64,000 bases of DNA, taken from positions 53,878,001 through 53,942,000 of the forward strand of contig OX597826.1 of assembly GCA_951406725.2 (NCBI GenBank), in the 5' to 3' direction. The notes under the pieces are model-generated. The model worked only from the letters and a program-made list of their open reading frames with translations, ran no database searches and was not told where the DNA came from. The DNA comes from Octopus vulgaris (taxonomy: Eukaryota). Positions 1 to 12,649 of the stretch are shown here, in pieces. Position 1 is the stretch's first letter; every line of letters begins with the position of its first letter. Made by a program: the position numbers and the translations under genes.

Positions 1-752
1 ACATGTTAAAAAATGATATTTAAATATGAGCTACTGTTAGTTTCATGCTGTGGAAATACAATAAATTAACCTTGTGCTTCCAAGCAATCCTTCAGGCTCA
101 AATAGACAATAGGATTTTTTCTTTTCTTTTTTCTTTTTTTTTTTTTGGAATAGTGGATCTCAAAGCACTTAAAAGTTATAAATAATAACTTCAAGAGCCA
201 CTGTTCCCCAACTCCAAAAAATAAACAAAAAATTATTTCATGCTCTCCAGAAAGTTTACAAATTCCTAAAATGCCAACAATATGTGTGTGTATGTGTGTG
301 TGTGTGTGTTTTATTTTTGGCTTGGTTTCTATGGTGAGATGAAATGAAAGCAAGATGAGGTTCCTTGATTCCATTTATGTGAGAATTATCCCTCTATCCC
401 CATTCCGATGCACGCTGACTCCAAACACAATGACTACTTTAACCCATGTCAGTACAGAAAGCAGATGTAAAATTAAGATGGTGATCATATGTGTATATAT
501 TTATACATGCACATATGATTTACACAAACACACACACAGAGAAAGATAAATGCACATAAATATATTTATAAACAGTGTAATATTCTTGAAATCAAATTTG
601 CAAAGCTAATATTTCAAAAATATTGAAAATAAATATCATTAGCAATGAATGACACCTATTTTGTTTAGATGAACACAGAAAGTAAATATAGAATGTGGAG
701 CAACAATTGTGCATTCAGAAGCTAGTTGGTATATTTAATAAAATATCTTTAC

Positions 753-843
753 CTGGTTAGAAGACAACAATGAAAAATATCATATTGATTTTTGACCATT
801 TAACAAGAAAAGCAAGAAGAGAAACTGTGAAAGCAATCAGAGT
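753..843 (-). other. Candidate spliced exon (non-coding or UTR)
   Basis: Minus strand reads ctgtttttctcAG|...ccag|GTaaag. All three frames contain stops. Support is splice motifs only. Confidence 0.15.
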
Positions 844-2504
844 CTGAGAAAAACAGAACCTGAAGACTTGAGTTATAAATTCTATCTTGTATATAAATGG
901 ATTAGTTCAGTGAATAAAAGAATATGAAAATTAAAAAGCACTTGGTTATATAAAGTTGGACAAAACAGTAATGAAAGCATTTCCTGCATCAGAATCTGGA
1001 AAATATATTAATTAGAGTGTGTAATCTAGAGAAAGTAGTCTGGAAATGAAATCTTATGATCAGACTAACACAGAGATCAATATTCCAGTTTATAGCAGGA
1101 TAAAGAATAAATGAAAGAACCGTATGCAACAGCAGCAGCAGCAGCAGCAACAGCAGTAACAGCAGTAGAACACCAACAATGGAATGGAAAAGAAGCTTTA
1201 GACAAGAATTATCTCGGCAATAGGTATATTTGAATATGTGATATTGAATATAGCTAGATCTTATTTTCTGGGTGGCCCTGACATTTTTCTATTTACTAAC
1301 AAGATCTTTCTAAATCTTCTCTCCATCAATTCTATTAGATATCTTTGACAATCAGATAGGACTTTGTTCAGATATTTTTCTTCAGACAAGGAAATAATTT
1401 CATTTATCTACGTAAAATGTCTGTTGGTTAGCATTCATAGAAAACAGACACCGTTGCCCTTTATTTAACTATTTTTATTGACCTTGCTGTCAATATTTCT
1501 ATGGTAGTGTTATAACTTTAATAACTGACGTTCTTTACATACAAATCTCAACACAAGAATGAATCATACATTTCAGGTTTACATTTATATTTTTATTTTA
1601 TTTTTTTTTTCCATTTCTGAATAAGTGATTACTAATCTTCCCAACAATACTTGTATCGAAATCCCAACAACTTGAGAATAATGACATTATACAATACTTA
1701 TAATGCATCTGTGACCAAGCTACCATTTATGACAAACAATAGCCATCACTTACAAGTAATTATGACTTATGACCTTGTCCCATATATATATATATATATA
1801 TAATTGTTTTCATTGTCTAAAACGGTCACAAGCAAATGCAGATGCATTCTTGACCCTCCCATCCTTGATCCAGCTGAACATTAGTGATATGACAAAAGAG
1901 AAAGAGAGCTGAGCCAGTGCCCAGCTGGTACTCATTTTCAGCAGAGTGGAGCAATGTAAAATGAAGTGCCTTGCTCAAGGACACAATGTAAATCATACTT
2001 ATCAAGTGTTTTGCTAAAACTATGATGCAAAGGGAGATTTTATTTTTACTACTAACTTTTTTCATCTCTCTAAAAGTTTTTATGTATCAGCCTATTGTAT
2101 CTACTTCACTAAGAAAACTCAACCAAATTACAAATTCAGTTCCTTATTGCTTAAATTTGATGGAATATATTTAAAGAGTAAAACTGTGAATGAAAAATGT
2201 ACTTTGAACATGTAATCAGAATGCCACAAGAAGGATTCTTCAAGCCTAGCTAACAAGTAGGAGACTTAAGGTTAGACCAAGAATGAGATGGGTGGATAAT
2301 ATTTATAATTTTAGTTATCATGCTTGAGAATCCAGCCAAGAATTCTAAGGTTGGTCACTTATGATAGGATCCTATGGAGGAGGTGTGTGATGAATCTACT
2401 ACCCATGACCCTCCCAAGAATAGAGGGTGGCAAAAAAGGATAGATGGTAATATGGATGATGTGTAAAACTGTGGTTGGGTAAAATGTTTCGCATTTATGT
2501 GCTT

Positions 2505-2562
<58 letters not shown>

Positions 2563-2924
2563 GTACACACACACACACAGAGGGAAGCAATTATGCCGAT
2601 AAGCAACTTAGATATATTAAATACCATATAATAGTTTGGTTATGGAGTGCAAAATGAGAGAAAGCAGAAGATGAAGACTTTCAGACAATGAATATTTAAG
2701 TACAAATATATAGATATTTATTCATCCACTCAACTTGATCCCTCTTACAGCCATTCTTTACCCCAGGAAATCGATCCCCTATCAAGACATTGGAATCTAA
2801 GTTTGAATCTTTTAAGCACTACTAAGTGTCATCTATACCGAGAATCTCTGAGTTTCATCTGTGAACTATAAAAATAAATGTATTTAACAACGAAAGTTGG
2901 AGTAGGAGGCATTATACAATATCT

Positions 2925-3270
2925 TTTATCTTTTACTTGTTTCAATCATTGGATTGTGGCTGTACTATGGTAACCATGTTATAAGGGTTGACCCAGTACT
3001 TATTCTTTTAAAGTCTAGAACTTATTCTATTGGTCTCTTGCACTGAACTGCTAAGCTATCGGGACATAAACAAACCAACACTGGTTGTCAAGAGGCAATT
3101 GGTGGGGACAAACATAAAGACACTCATGTATATACAATGGGCTTCCACACAGTTTCCACCTACCAAATTCATCCACAAGGCATTGGCCAGCCTGGGGCTA
3201 TAGAAGACACTTGTTCAAGATGCTGTGCAGTGGGACTGAACCTGAAACCATGTGGTTGCAAAGGCAGCTT
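2925..3270 (-). mobile_element. tRNA-derived SINE family A (CORE-like), degenerate
   Basis: Reverse complement matches the family A body (caagtgtcttctatagcc...ggatgaatttggtagg...gaataag...gaaacaagtaaaaga). Confidence 0.8.
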
Positions 3271-3336
3271 CTGTGCCTTAATGCATTATGAGATATTAAT
3301 TTTCTTTAAAGCAAATAACTAAATGCTCAATCATAC

Positions 3337-3369
<33 letters not shown>

Positions 3370-4344
3370 TTCTTCAATGTATTCCTCAGGCAAGATTATC
3401 ACTTGGAACATATCTCTCCCATATTATTCTATTTACACAATTTTCCAGGAGCCAACCTTTATCCAGTGATTTCGGCTGGTAAGGGAAGCAAAGCTCTTAT
3501 TAAAAATTTGGCCTCTATGTGTCAATGTATGACTACCACTTTTTGCTTTTGTCTCTCTTTTGTCTTTCTTCCCTCTCGGATAAATCTGTCAGCATAAATG
3601 CCGTTTTCTATATTTCTTCTTTTTTTTTTTTTTAATTTCTGTGAAAATGATTTGGCAAATATTTTCCTTAAGGACATGATCAGCGCCATTGGGCATTGCA
3701 GCTAGTACTTCTCAATGCTACACTAGGAGAAGAAATCTTGAATAACTACAACTAAATCATTAAAAAAAAAATGTTCCAAGAAATCAAAAAATTTAAGATC
3801 TCCAAGGACAAATCTCATTTTTCCATTCCAAGGTAAATAAGGCAAACACTTAACAGTTCCAAATTTATCTCTTGGCAAAATAATGTAAAAGAAAACATTT
3901 TCTTCAAATAAAAATGTGACAATTCTAAATCTTTCACAGAACTGTCTTATGACATCTGTTAATTCCAAAACAACAATAATTCTTTCTAATTTTGGCACAA
4001 GGTTCCCAGTTTTGAGGGGAGGGGCGATTTGATTACATCGATCCCAGTACATGACTGGTATTTTATTTTATCACCTTGCAAGTATGAAAGGCAAAGTTTA
4101 GTGCATGCTATCCTTGAAAAGAGATGTGATGGCTGTGTTTAAAATTGATTGCTTGACCAAAGCTGAGCAGGAACTAAACCACAAAACAATGTGAATAATA
4201 TAAGAAATATAATAATATAAGAAAAGTTTCACATCAGTCACCATTGATGTTAGAAATCATCACTGAAAATGTTTAAAATCCTTATGAACTTTATATCGAA
4301 CTGTTACAAGCTAAGTACAATCACTGTCATCCATACATACAGGC

Positions 4345-4570
4345 TTGTCTTTTACATGTGCCTGTGGCACACAAAATTCATTCATGCTGGTGGCACATAA
4401 AGAACACCCAGCACATTCTGTAAAGTGGCTGGTGTTAGGAAGGGCATCCAGCCATAAAGCCTATCCTGCAACAGACAAGTGGAATCTGGACAGCTTCCCA
4501 ACTGGCCAGCTCCTGTTAAACTCTCCAACCCATGCCAACATGGAAAATGAATATTAAATAATGATGATGT
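4345..4570 (+). mobile_element. 5'-truncated RTE LINE 3'UTR copy with (GAT)n tail
   Basis: ggtggcacataaagaacaccc...ttaggaagggcatccagcc...aacccatgccaacatggaaaa...atgatgatg, matching the 3' end of the RTE at 19412-20050. Confidence 0.75.
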
Positions 4571-4577
4571 TGTTGTT

Positions 4578-4786
4578 ACAGGCATGACTATGAGGCTAAG
4601 AAGTTTAATTCACAGCTGTATAGTTTTAAATTCAATCCCATTGGGTGGCCACCCTGGGTAAGTAACTTCGACTATAACCCCATACCAACCAAAGCCTTGA
4701 CAGTGGTTTTGATGGAGGGAAACTGAAAAAAGCCAGCTACATATACATACATACATACATACATACATACATACATACATACATAG

Positions 4787-4843
<57 letters not shown>

Positions 4844-4980
4844 CAATGCTGGTTTGTTTATGTCTCCATAACTTAGCAGTCTGGCAACAGAGACAAATAA
4901 AATAAGTACTGGGGTCTTCAAGGTGGTGCCCCAGTATGGCTACAGTCCAATGACTGAAACAAGTAAAAGATTAAAGAAAA
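4578..4980 (+). mobile_element. SINE family A
   Basis: Degenerate tRNA head, internal (TACA)/(TA)n tract, tail ggtggtgccccagtatggctacagtccaatgactgaaacaagtaaaaga. Confidence 0.8.
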
Positions 4981-5508
4981 AGGATGTGTATATGTATGTA
5001 TATGTGTGAGTGTATATTTCTGTCTTTTTGTTTTGAAATTGAGTGATAGCTGTAAATGAGTGTCACTCTCATACAAGCAGCATCGTTCATTTCCAGTATT
5101 TTGCGAAAACATGTCTGACTATAAGGAAATATTACTTTTCTTAGAAACGCATGAGGGTTCAGAATAGGAAGGGTGTCAGGCCCCAATAAATATGCCTCAG
5201 TAAACTCTGTCCAACCCATACAATTATGGAAAACTGGATATTAAAATGATGATGTCAATGCAACCAGGGATTGTATACAACTGCAAAATTGCCTTCCTGT
5301 TAATATACTTAACCTTCACAATAACAAGTGCACCTTCACAATAACAAGTAACAAATAAAAACAATGAATCTTGTCTAGCAAACTGCTAGAACCAGATATC
5401 TGCAGAAGCTTCCAGTAGTGAGAGAATTCAAAATGAATATTTATGGACTGTGGTTGTTATCATTATAGATAATTATTTTGAATAATTAGCACATTGGTTA
5501 TGGTTTAA

Positions 5509-5737
5509 CCCTTTAGTGTTCAGATTATTCTATCAAGCATAATGCTTATTGATTCCCATTGATTTGAATTAATCATGCATTTTCTCATATCTTCAAGATC
5601 TTGATGGTGTGATTACTTAATGTAGAATAACATTGTAGGGTAGGTGTGAGAGCCTGGATCTGGTCAGTTTGAACATAAAACAGATTAACTATTTTGGCCT
5701 ATTTTGGCCGGATATGGCCGGTTTAAATACTAAAGGG
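5509..5737. mobile_element. piggyBac-type MITE (TTAA target site)
   Basis: TTAA|ccctttagtgtt ... aatactaaaggg|TTAA terminal inverted repeats; second copy at 25250-25481. Confidence 0.8.
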
Positions 5738-5879
5738 TTAAGTCATTTTATAGTTTCATGTCAGCTTGAATTAAGCTAACCTTATGATTAAATATCATCC
5801 AAACCCTAGCTACCTTGCTTTTCTTCAGTAATAGTGAATCCTGGATTGCATTATCCAATATGCCCTTCTATCTTTGTTG

Positions 5880-6240
5880 GACAAACGACATGTCTAAAAT
5901 TGTCAAAAATGCTGAAAGCTTCTTAGCATTACTCAGTAAAACTTTTGCACTGGCTGCCTAGTTAATGCTATATTCAGCTATGGTATATTCACACTTACAA
6001 TTGGCATCTCCAGTCTGGAATTGCCATCTTGTGCAGAATATTTATCTGGTGGAAGCTTTCCAAAAACATGCAACCAAATGAATAACTTCCATTTGTCATT
6101 TACCACATTTTGAACATCTTGCTTCTCTCGGCTTCAACGCACTAAAGCTTTGACATTAAGTAGATGACCTGGTAGATTATCCACCATCTGTTCAATAACT
6201 TTGGCCACCTTTTTGAATTCAATATCTCTACCACAAACTT
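5880..6240 (+). pseudogene. CR1-clade LINE ORF2 C-terminal fossil
   Basis: Translates LYSAMVYSHLQLASPVWNCHLVQNIYLVEAFQKHATK*ITSICHLPHFEHLASLG, matching the CR1 post-RT pattern LY..LVRP.LEY...VW.P....LE.VQRRATK; has stops. Confidence 0.75.
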
Positions 6241-6391
6241 CTAAATCAAATCATGAGTGCAGCACACATGAATTTTCATTTATCATTTATTTTTTACTTA
6301 TTTCAGTCATTTGACTGCAGCCATGCTAGAGTACTGCTTTGAAGGGTTTTACTGATCCCAGGACTTATTTTTTTTAAGCCTAGTACTTATT

Positions 6392-6536
6392 ATAGGCGCA
6401 GGAGTGGCTGTGTGGTAAGTATAGGTGCAGGAGTGGCTGTGTGGTAAGTATAGGCACAGGAGTGGCTGTGTGGTAAGTATAGGTGCAGGAGTGGCTGTGT
6501 GGTAAGTATAGGCACAGGAGTGGCTGTGTGGTAAGT
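6392..6536 (+). repeat. 5 x 29-bp tandem repeat of the SINE-A 5' end
   Basis: Five consecutive units of atagg(c/t)(g/a)caggagtggctgtgtggtaagt. Confidence 0.95.
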
Positions 6537-6908
6537 AGCTTGCTAACCAACCACATGGTTTCGGGTTCAGTCCCACAGCGTGGCATCTTGGGCAAGTGTC
6601 TTCTGCTATAGCCCCGGGCCGACCAATGCCTTGTGAGTGGATTTGGTAGACGGAAACTGAAAGAAGCCTGTCGTATATATGTATATATATATATGTGTAT
6701 GTGTGTGTTTGTCCCCCTAGCATTGCTTGACAACCGATGCTGGTGTGTTTACGTCCCCGTCACTTAGCGGTTCGGCAAAACAGACCGATAGAATAAGTAC
6801 TGAGCTTACAAAGAATAAGTCCCGGGGCCGATTTGCTCGACTAAAGGTGGTGCTCCAGCATGGCCGCAGTCAAATGACTGAAACAAGTAAAAAGAGTAAA
6901 AAGAAAGA
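6392..6908 (+). mobile_element. Young full-length SINE family A, nested in an older antisense SINE-A (6290-7020)
   Basis: A-box tggctgtgtgg, B-box-like ggttcagtccc, CORE-like atcttgggcaagtgtcttct, intact CpGs, (AAGAGTAA) tail. Confidence 0.9.
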
Positions 6909-7214
6909 GTATTCTATCGACCTCTTTTGCTGGACTGCTAAGTTATGGGAATTTAAAGACACCAGCACTCGTCGTCAAGCAGTGTTGTGGGGGATAAACA
7001 TAGACATAAAGACATACATACAAACATATGTATATGTTGTTATAGGTCAGCTGTTGGACCTCATTATCCTAGCATTTCCTTACGTCCGCAAGATGAAAAG
7101 TTAAATTTGTCTTTGTATAGAGTCTAATGAGCTGTCCACAAGGCTGTAGCTTCCATGGGTACAAAACCATTGGTCACTCTATGACCAGAATTTAATCTTT
7201 TGTTTTGATATATA

Positions 7215-7400
7215 TATAGTTTAAATTTTCAGAAAACAAAGATGAAGACAGGTGAAAGAACAACCAGCAAGTATATTAGATTAATGCTCAGAAAGAATGG
7301 AAAAGTCTTTGACATTTCAAGCCTATGCTCTTCGACAAAGGATTAAGAGGTAAAAAAAAATGGAGAGAAAAAAAAATGTTTAGGGATTAACAGTTCAACA
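7215..7400 (-). mobile_element. Penelope-like terminal-repeat remnant with hammerhead-like motif
   Basis: Homologous to 16953-17160. Minus strand reads tttgtcgaa-gagc-atag-gctt-gaaa-tgtc-aaaga. Confidence 0.55.
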
Positions 7401-7789
7401 TGATGAAATGGCTGGAAGAGACTGAATGAAAGGGAGATTATAATAATGGTGACCAAGATGAACTAAGGTGCACAAGCACATGTGTGTATGTGAGAATGGT
7501 GCGTGTGAGTATGGGGGCAAGTGCATGAGTATATATGTGTGGGCAAACTGAAAATTATGAGGGCTTGTGTGTACTACAGGCTACTTTCAGTTTCCATCTA
7601 ACAAATCCACTCACAAGGCTTTTATGTATCCTTTATTCTTTATGACTCTTTTACTGTTAACTTTTCTGTCCTCTTGTGTTTTGTCCTAAATACTATGCAT
7701 ATGCTTTTGATTATCGTTGCTATCTTTCTTTGTTTTATTGCTGCTTTTACTCTTTTCTGACAAAATGTAGTGAAGCAAAACAGCATTTA

Positions 7790-8141
7790 CAATGGATAAA
7801 GGTAAAGACCTCCTTTGGTCATGCATGACCGTGGGGTTGCACCGAGAAAGTTCCACCCTGAAGGCATAAGTGTGGACAAGGTTGTTTGTGGAAGACCAGC
7901 AGTCCCCCATGCATACCAGTTTCCCTTCTCCATGCCACCAATGCTGTCCAAGTGAAAGGCAAAGGCTGATACTGCTTGGCACCAGTAACATCGCAACTAA
8001 TTTCTACAGCTGAATGAACTGGAGCAACGTGAAACAAAGTATCTTACTCAAGAACACAATATAGAGCCCAGTCAGGGAATCAAACTTATAACCACATAAT
8101 TGTAAGCCTGATGCTCTAACCACTGAGCCATGCACCTTCAC
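7790..8141 (-). mobile_element. tRNA-derived SINE family C
   Basis: Head tgaaggtgcatggctcagtggttagagc...gtttgattccc, central ttgtgttcttgagtaagatac...gctccagttcattcagctg; related copies at 38408-38733 and 53040-53340. Confidence 0.8.
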
Positions 8142-8577
8142 TGTTTACAATAAACTCATTATTTTAACTGGTATCACATTTAAGTTGATAGATCATAGTT
8201 TTTAAAGAGATTTGACTGTTATTTTTATCAGGTCAGGGAATAACAGAAAGGTTCTTAATGGTGTGTGTGCCTTTTTAGAATAATGCTAATTATAAGAGTA
8301 TTTATTTCAATAATCAAAAGAAAGCTAGTAATTATCTTAATTGCATTTTGAGTGGATTCTCTCTTCTAACAGAAATTGCTCCACCATGAAATGATAGAAA
8401 TACTGATGTAATAATTAGGTAAAACTGGCACAAAATACCAAATTTGTGATTATGTTTGAAGGTATGATTTTCTATTACAGCTTGTAACATTACAAACACT
8501 GAGTCATTAGTCTGTCACTCCAACGAGGCGATAAATACAGAACTATCAATATCTTCTATTTATTATTATTATTATAT

Positions 8578-9207
8578 TTAAGTTGGTATGCTGGCAGAAT
8601 CGATAGCGTGCCAGGCAAAATGTGTGGCAGCATTTAGTTTGTTTATACATTCTGAGTTCAAATTCTGCTGAAGTCCACTTTGCCTTTCATCCTTTCAGGA
8701 TCTATAAAATAAGTACCAGTCAGACACTGGGGTCGATGTAACTGATTTACTTCCTCCCCCAAAACTGCTGGCTTTGTGCCAAAATTTGAAATCATCATTG
8801 TTATTACTATTAAGGCAGCAAGTTAGCAGAGTTGTCATGACACTAGACAAACTGCTAAGCAGCATTTACATACTGAGTTCAAATGTCACTGGGGTTGACT
8901 TTGCCTTTCATCGTTTGTGGGGTCAATAAAACAAGTATCAGTTGGACACTGGGGTTGAAGTAATCGACTTACCTCCTCTCCCCAAAATGCTGGCCTTGTG
9001 CTCGCTGGAGAATTGTTAGCACAGTAGGTAAAATGCTTAGCAGCATGTTACCCATTACTATGTTCTGAGTTCAAATTCCACTGAGATTGACTTTGCCTTT
9101 CATCATTTTGGGGGTCAATAAAATAAGTACCAGTCGAGTACTGAGGTCAATGTAATCAACTAGATCCTCCCCCAAAATTTCAGTTCTTATGCCTATAGTA
9201 GAAAGGA
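8578..9207 (+). mobile_element. Three head-to-tail degenerate SINE family B copies
   Basis: Three occurrences of ctgagttcaaat...actttgcctttcatc...aagtaccag...gggtcgatgtaa. Confidence 0.8.
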
Positions 9208-9208
9208 T

Positions 9209-9576
9209 TATTACCTCTGCCTTAGCGAAGGCAGAGGTATTGTTTTCAGTTGTGTTTGTTTGTTTGTCCATGGACAAGATAACTCAAGAACCACTGGATA
9301 GATTCGGATAAAACTTTCAGGGATGCTTGGCCTCATGACTAGCTCAAACTGATTAAATTTTGGGATCAATCTGGCACTGGACAAGGATTCTGGATTATTT
9401 TTGATTTTTTTTTACTTAATTTTTGAGAGCACTCAGGTTCATTTTTAGTATTCTCGTTTGTGAGTGCAGTCGAGTTTATTTTAGATATTCTCATTTTAAA
9501 AATCATCTCTAGCTAATTGTTGAAAGGCCGTTGGTGTTACCTTGGTGGAGGTTTGCACTCTCTGAGAGCTCTTGTT
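9209..9576 (+). mobile_element. Non-autonomous Helentron/HINE-like element
   Basis: Sub-terminal inverted repeats acctctgcc...agg / ccttggtggaggt, (gttt)n tract, 3' hairpin gcactctctgagagc, inserted in a TTA context. Confidence 0.6.
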
Positions 9577-9634
9577 ATTATTATCTTTTTCTTTTTAGAA
9601 TGGAACCAAGAATATTTCAACTTTAACTGGAGTA

Positions 9635-9886
9635 CTTTGGATACCAACTCAAGACTACTCTTGGTTTCTAGGATAAAAAAAACTTCATGCCTTCAAGTGA
9701 TCTAATAAACATGACATTTTGATGAGATATTCATATGAAAATCACATCAAAATATCACGTTAATTTATGTTCCAAACATCAGCTTAATAACGATACAGTC
9801 ATTTCACTAAATTCTTCATTATTTTCCGAAATTAACTGAAACAAACGCAGTATATTTCAACATATATATGGTAAGAAAAGGGTTAA
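9635..9886. mobile_element. piggyBac-type MITE, degenerate (family of 62895-63116)
   Basis: Shares aatttatgttcc...agcttaat...actaaattctt and the aaagggTTAA end. Confidence 0.6.
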
Positions 9887-10003
9887 GTCATACTTACTAT
9901 TATCACACCACTTTTCTCTTGCTCTCTAGAACCCAGAACAGGTAAACACACAACCACTGCAAGAACAGAAAATTTGTTTTAATCAAAAATCAATGACAAT
10001 GCT

Positions 10004-10042
10004 CCATTATTATTATTATTGAGAAAGAGGGAGAGAGAGAGA

Positions 10043-10088
<46 letters not shown>

Positions 10089-10320
10089 AGTGCATGCTAT
10101 CAAAATGACACTGGAGTAAAATATACGAAGCCCAGTATACCCATCTGATAAAGGTATACCAGGTATACGCATCACAACCATATGTACACAACATGGTGAG
10201 TTCATATCAAGATAAACAGCACATGACCTTGCAGGTGGGGCTCAGTTAGAATTTTCTTAACTTCCAATAAGTTAAGATCAGAACCCATGAAAGCCACTGC
10301 CTGCTACTGCATCAGGGATT
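10004..10320 (-). mobile_element. LINE 3'UTR fragment with (AAT)n tail, internally deleted copy of 36017-36590
   Basis: tccctgatgcagtagcaggcagtggc...gcatgcactgctctctc...aataataat; flanked by (TTA)n. Confidence 0.7.
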
Positions 10321-10353
10321 TTTTATTATTATTATTATTATTATTAATTATTA

Positions 10354-10389
<36 letters not shown>

Positions 10390-10890
10390 TGCCTAGTGGC
10401 TGTAGCGAAAGAGGTGATATGGTGGACCCGTTTGAAAGGGCTCAGGTCAGAGACTTTCCTCTTTGGCCAAGGCCTCATCAACTTTTTCAAGTTTCACTTG
10501 AAAAGGAAAATGAGAGTAGAGAGGGAAGTGCTGTCTGGTAGCAAGTTTATTGAAAGGTGGGTGAATGTCGCAAGAATGGCCAGTATGAACGGACCAATTC
10601 TAAGGATACACCTGTGAAAAATTAAAAGGAAATATAAAAGGAGAAAGGGGCTTTCTACCCCACTTTTGACCAGGCTCCCATAGCTTTTATGGGTTTTTCC
10701 ACGAGTAACCTTTCAAAGCGCCTCCCCCTATTGGGAGTTTTAATTGTTACTTACATTTCGTTGTTATCCTGCTTTTGTACACAGACTTTTTCAAACGGAC
10801 AAAACCCTTTGTAACTTTCGTCCTGTGTTTTGTCCCTTTATGTTTTAATTCATATTTGTTAGCCCTTGTGGCCAATAAATGAACAAATTA
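10390..10890 (+). pseudogene. Tx1/L1-clade LINE 3' end (ORF2 C-terminus plus 3'UTR)
   Basis: ORF 10396-10617 VAVAKEVIWWTRLKG...FKFHLKRKMRVER...F.ERW resembles the Tx1 C-terminal AK..IW..R motif; followed by a UTR ending in aataaa; embedded in (TTA)n. Confidence 0.65.
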
Positions 10891-10939
<49 letters not shown>

Positions 10940-11150
10940 GGAGGCGAGCTGGCAGAATCGTTAGCACACTGGACAAAATGCTTAGTGGTATTTTGCCCAT
11001 TGTTATGTTCTGATTTCAAGTTCTGCCAAGATCAACTCCGCCTTCCCTCCTTTCAGGGTTGAGAGAATAATTACCAGTTGATCACTGGGGTTGATGTAAT
11101 CGACTAGTTCCCTTCCCCATAATTTCAGGCCTTGTGCCTTAAATACAAAG
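10940..11150 (+). mobile_element. SINE family B
   Basis: ggaggcgagctggcagaatcgttagcac... head and ccttccctcctttcagggttg...taccag core. Confidence 0.8.
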
Positions 11151-11154
11151 GATA

Positions 11155-11209
<55 letters not shown>

Positions 11210-11243
11210 AGGATTGAGGTAACTCCTCCAGAAGGTATACAGA

Positions 11244-11986
11244 AGCAAAAAAAGGAGGAGTACCATTGTTATCAAGTGAACAATATTTCAGCATCTAGTG
11301 TGCCTTCCACAGATTCAAAAAATAAACTTATCAATCTACTTCACTTTTGGTAATATTTTATAGGATTGAGGTAACTCCTCCAGAAGGTACACAGAAACAC
11401 TCTTCTTTTTCTTTGGTTCTGTATGGAGTGGTATGGAGTGGCTGTGTGGTAAGTAGCTTGTTTACCAACCACATGGTTCCGTGTTCAGTCCCACTGCATG
11501 GCACCTTGGGCAAGTGTCTTCTGCTATAGCCTTGTGAGTGGATTTGGTAGACGGAAACTGAAAGAAGCCTGTCGTGTATATGCATATATATATATATATA
11601 TATATATGCGTGTGTGTGTTTGTGTGTCTGTGTTTGTCCCTCAAGCATTGCTTGACAACCGATGCTGGTGTGTTTATGTCCCCGTTACTAAGCGGTTCGG
11701 CAAAAGAGACCGATAGAATAAGTACTGGGCTTACAAAAGAATAAGTCCCGGGGTTGAGTTGCTCAATTAAAGACGGTGCTCCAGCATGGCCGCAGTCAAA
11801 TGACTGAAACAAGTAAAAGAGAGTAAAGAGTAAAGAGTATACCTTCTGGAGGACTTACTTCAATCCTATAAAATATTACCAAGAATGAAGTAGATTGACA
11901 AGTTTATTTTTTGAACCTGTGGAAGGCACACCAGATGCCAAAATATCATTCACTTGATAACAATGGCACTCTTCTGTTTTTCTTGC
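11244..11986. repeat. About 148-bp inverted repeat (11244-11391 / 11837-11986) enclosing a SINE-A
   Basis: Right arm is the reverse complement of the left arm, roughly 88% identical by eye. Confidence 0.9.
11435..11838 (+). mobile_element. SINE family A
   Basis: Full head-to-tail match with (AAAGAGT)n tail. Confidence 0.9.
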
Positions 11987-12014
11987 TATTATCATCATTA
12001 TCATTATAATTAAG

Positions 12015-12227
12015 TCAGAAAGCTGCCAGAACTGTTAAGCATGCAGAGTAAAATGTTTAGCAGCATTTCGTCTGTCTTTACATTCTGAGTTCAAATTCCA
12101 TTGAGGTCAACTCTACCTTTCACCCTTTCGGGGTCGATGAAATAAGTACCAGTCAAATGTTGGGGGTTAATGTAATTGACTAGTCCCTTCTCTACAAATT
12201 TCAGGCCTTGTGCCTATAGTAGAAAGG

Positions 12228-12228
<1 letters not shown>
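12015..12228 (+). mobile_element. SINE family B
   Basis: ctgagttcaaattcc...caccctttcggggtcgatgaaataagtaccag. Confidence 0.8.
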
Positions 12229-12263
<35 letters not shown>

Positions 12264-12649
12264 TTCCTTCTTTCTTCAAATTTTCTTCCGTTTCTCACCA
12301 AGTGTTTTCTGTACAGCTAGGGCAGAGAAGCTCATTGCATTATTATTATTATTATTATTATTATTTCCTTTGGCTAAATATAAATTCCAGTTGTCCTGAT
12401 GCATTATTAAATCATTTTTAATGTAAGGAAAATGAAAGATACAGTCACCATAAGGTATAGCTGATGTATAGTGATGTGAATTATTGGTATCACATATAGC
12501 AATAGGGTTGTAAATAAGATTTTGATAATAACATATTTATATATATATATATATAGAAAATATGGAAATCAGTAACAAAGTTATCATCACGGCAAATCCT
12601 GTTTCATTATCTAGATGAAAACACAGGCTCTTGTGCACAAATGATTGAA

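Noticed and set aside
1104-1222. CAG-repeat poly-Q/poly-A coding exon
   Set aside because: Short, weak splice signals, and explained by a microsatellite.
3723-4052. 109-aa minus-strand ORF
   Set aside because: Starts inside a SINE-B fragment and has no recognisable domain.
6392-6536. CRISPR-like array of 29-bp repeats
   Set aside because: No spacers, the unit is the SINE head, there are no cas genes, and the context is eukaryotic.
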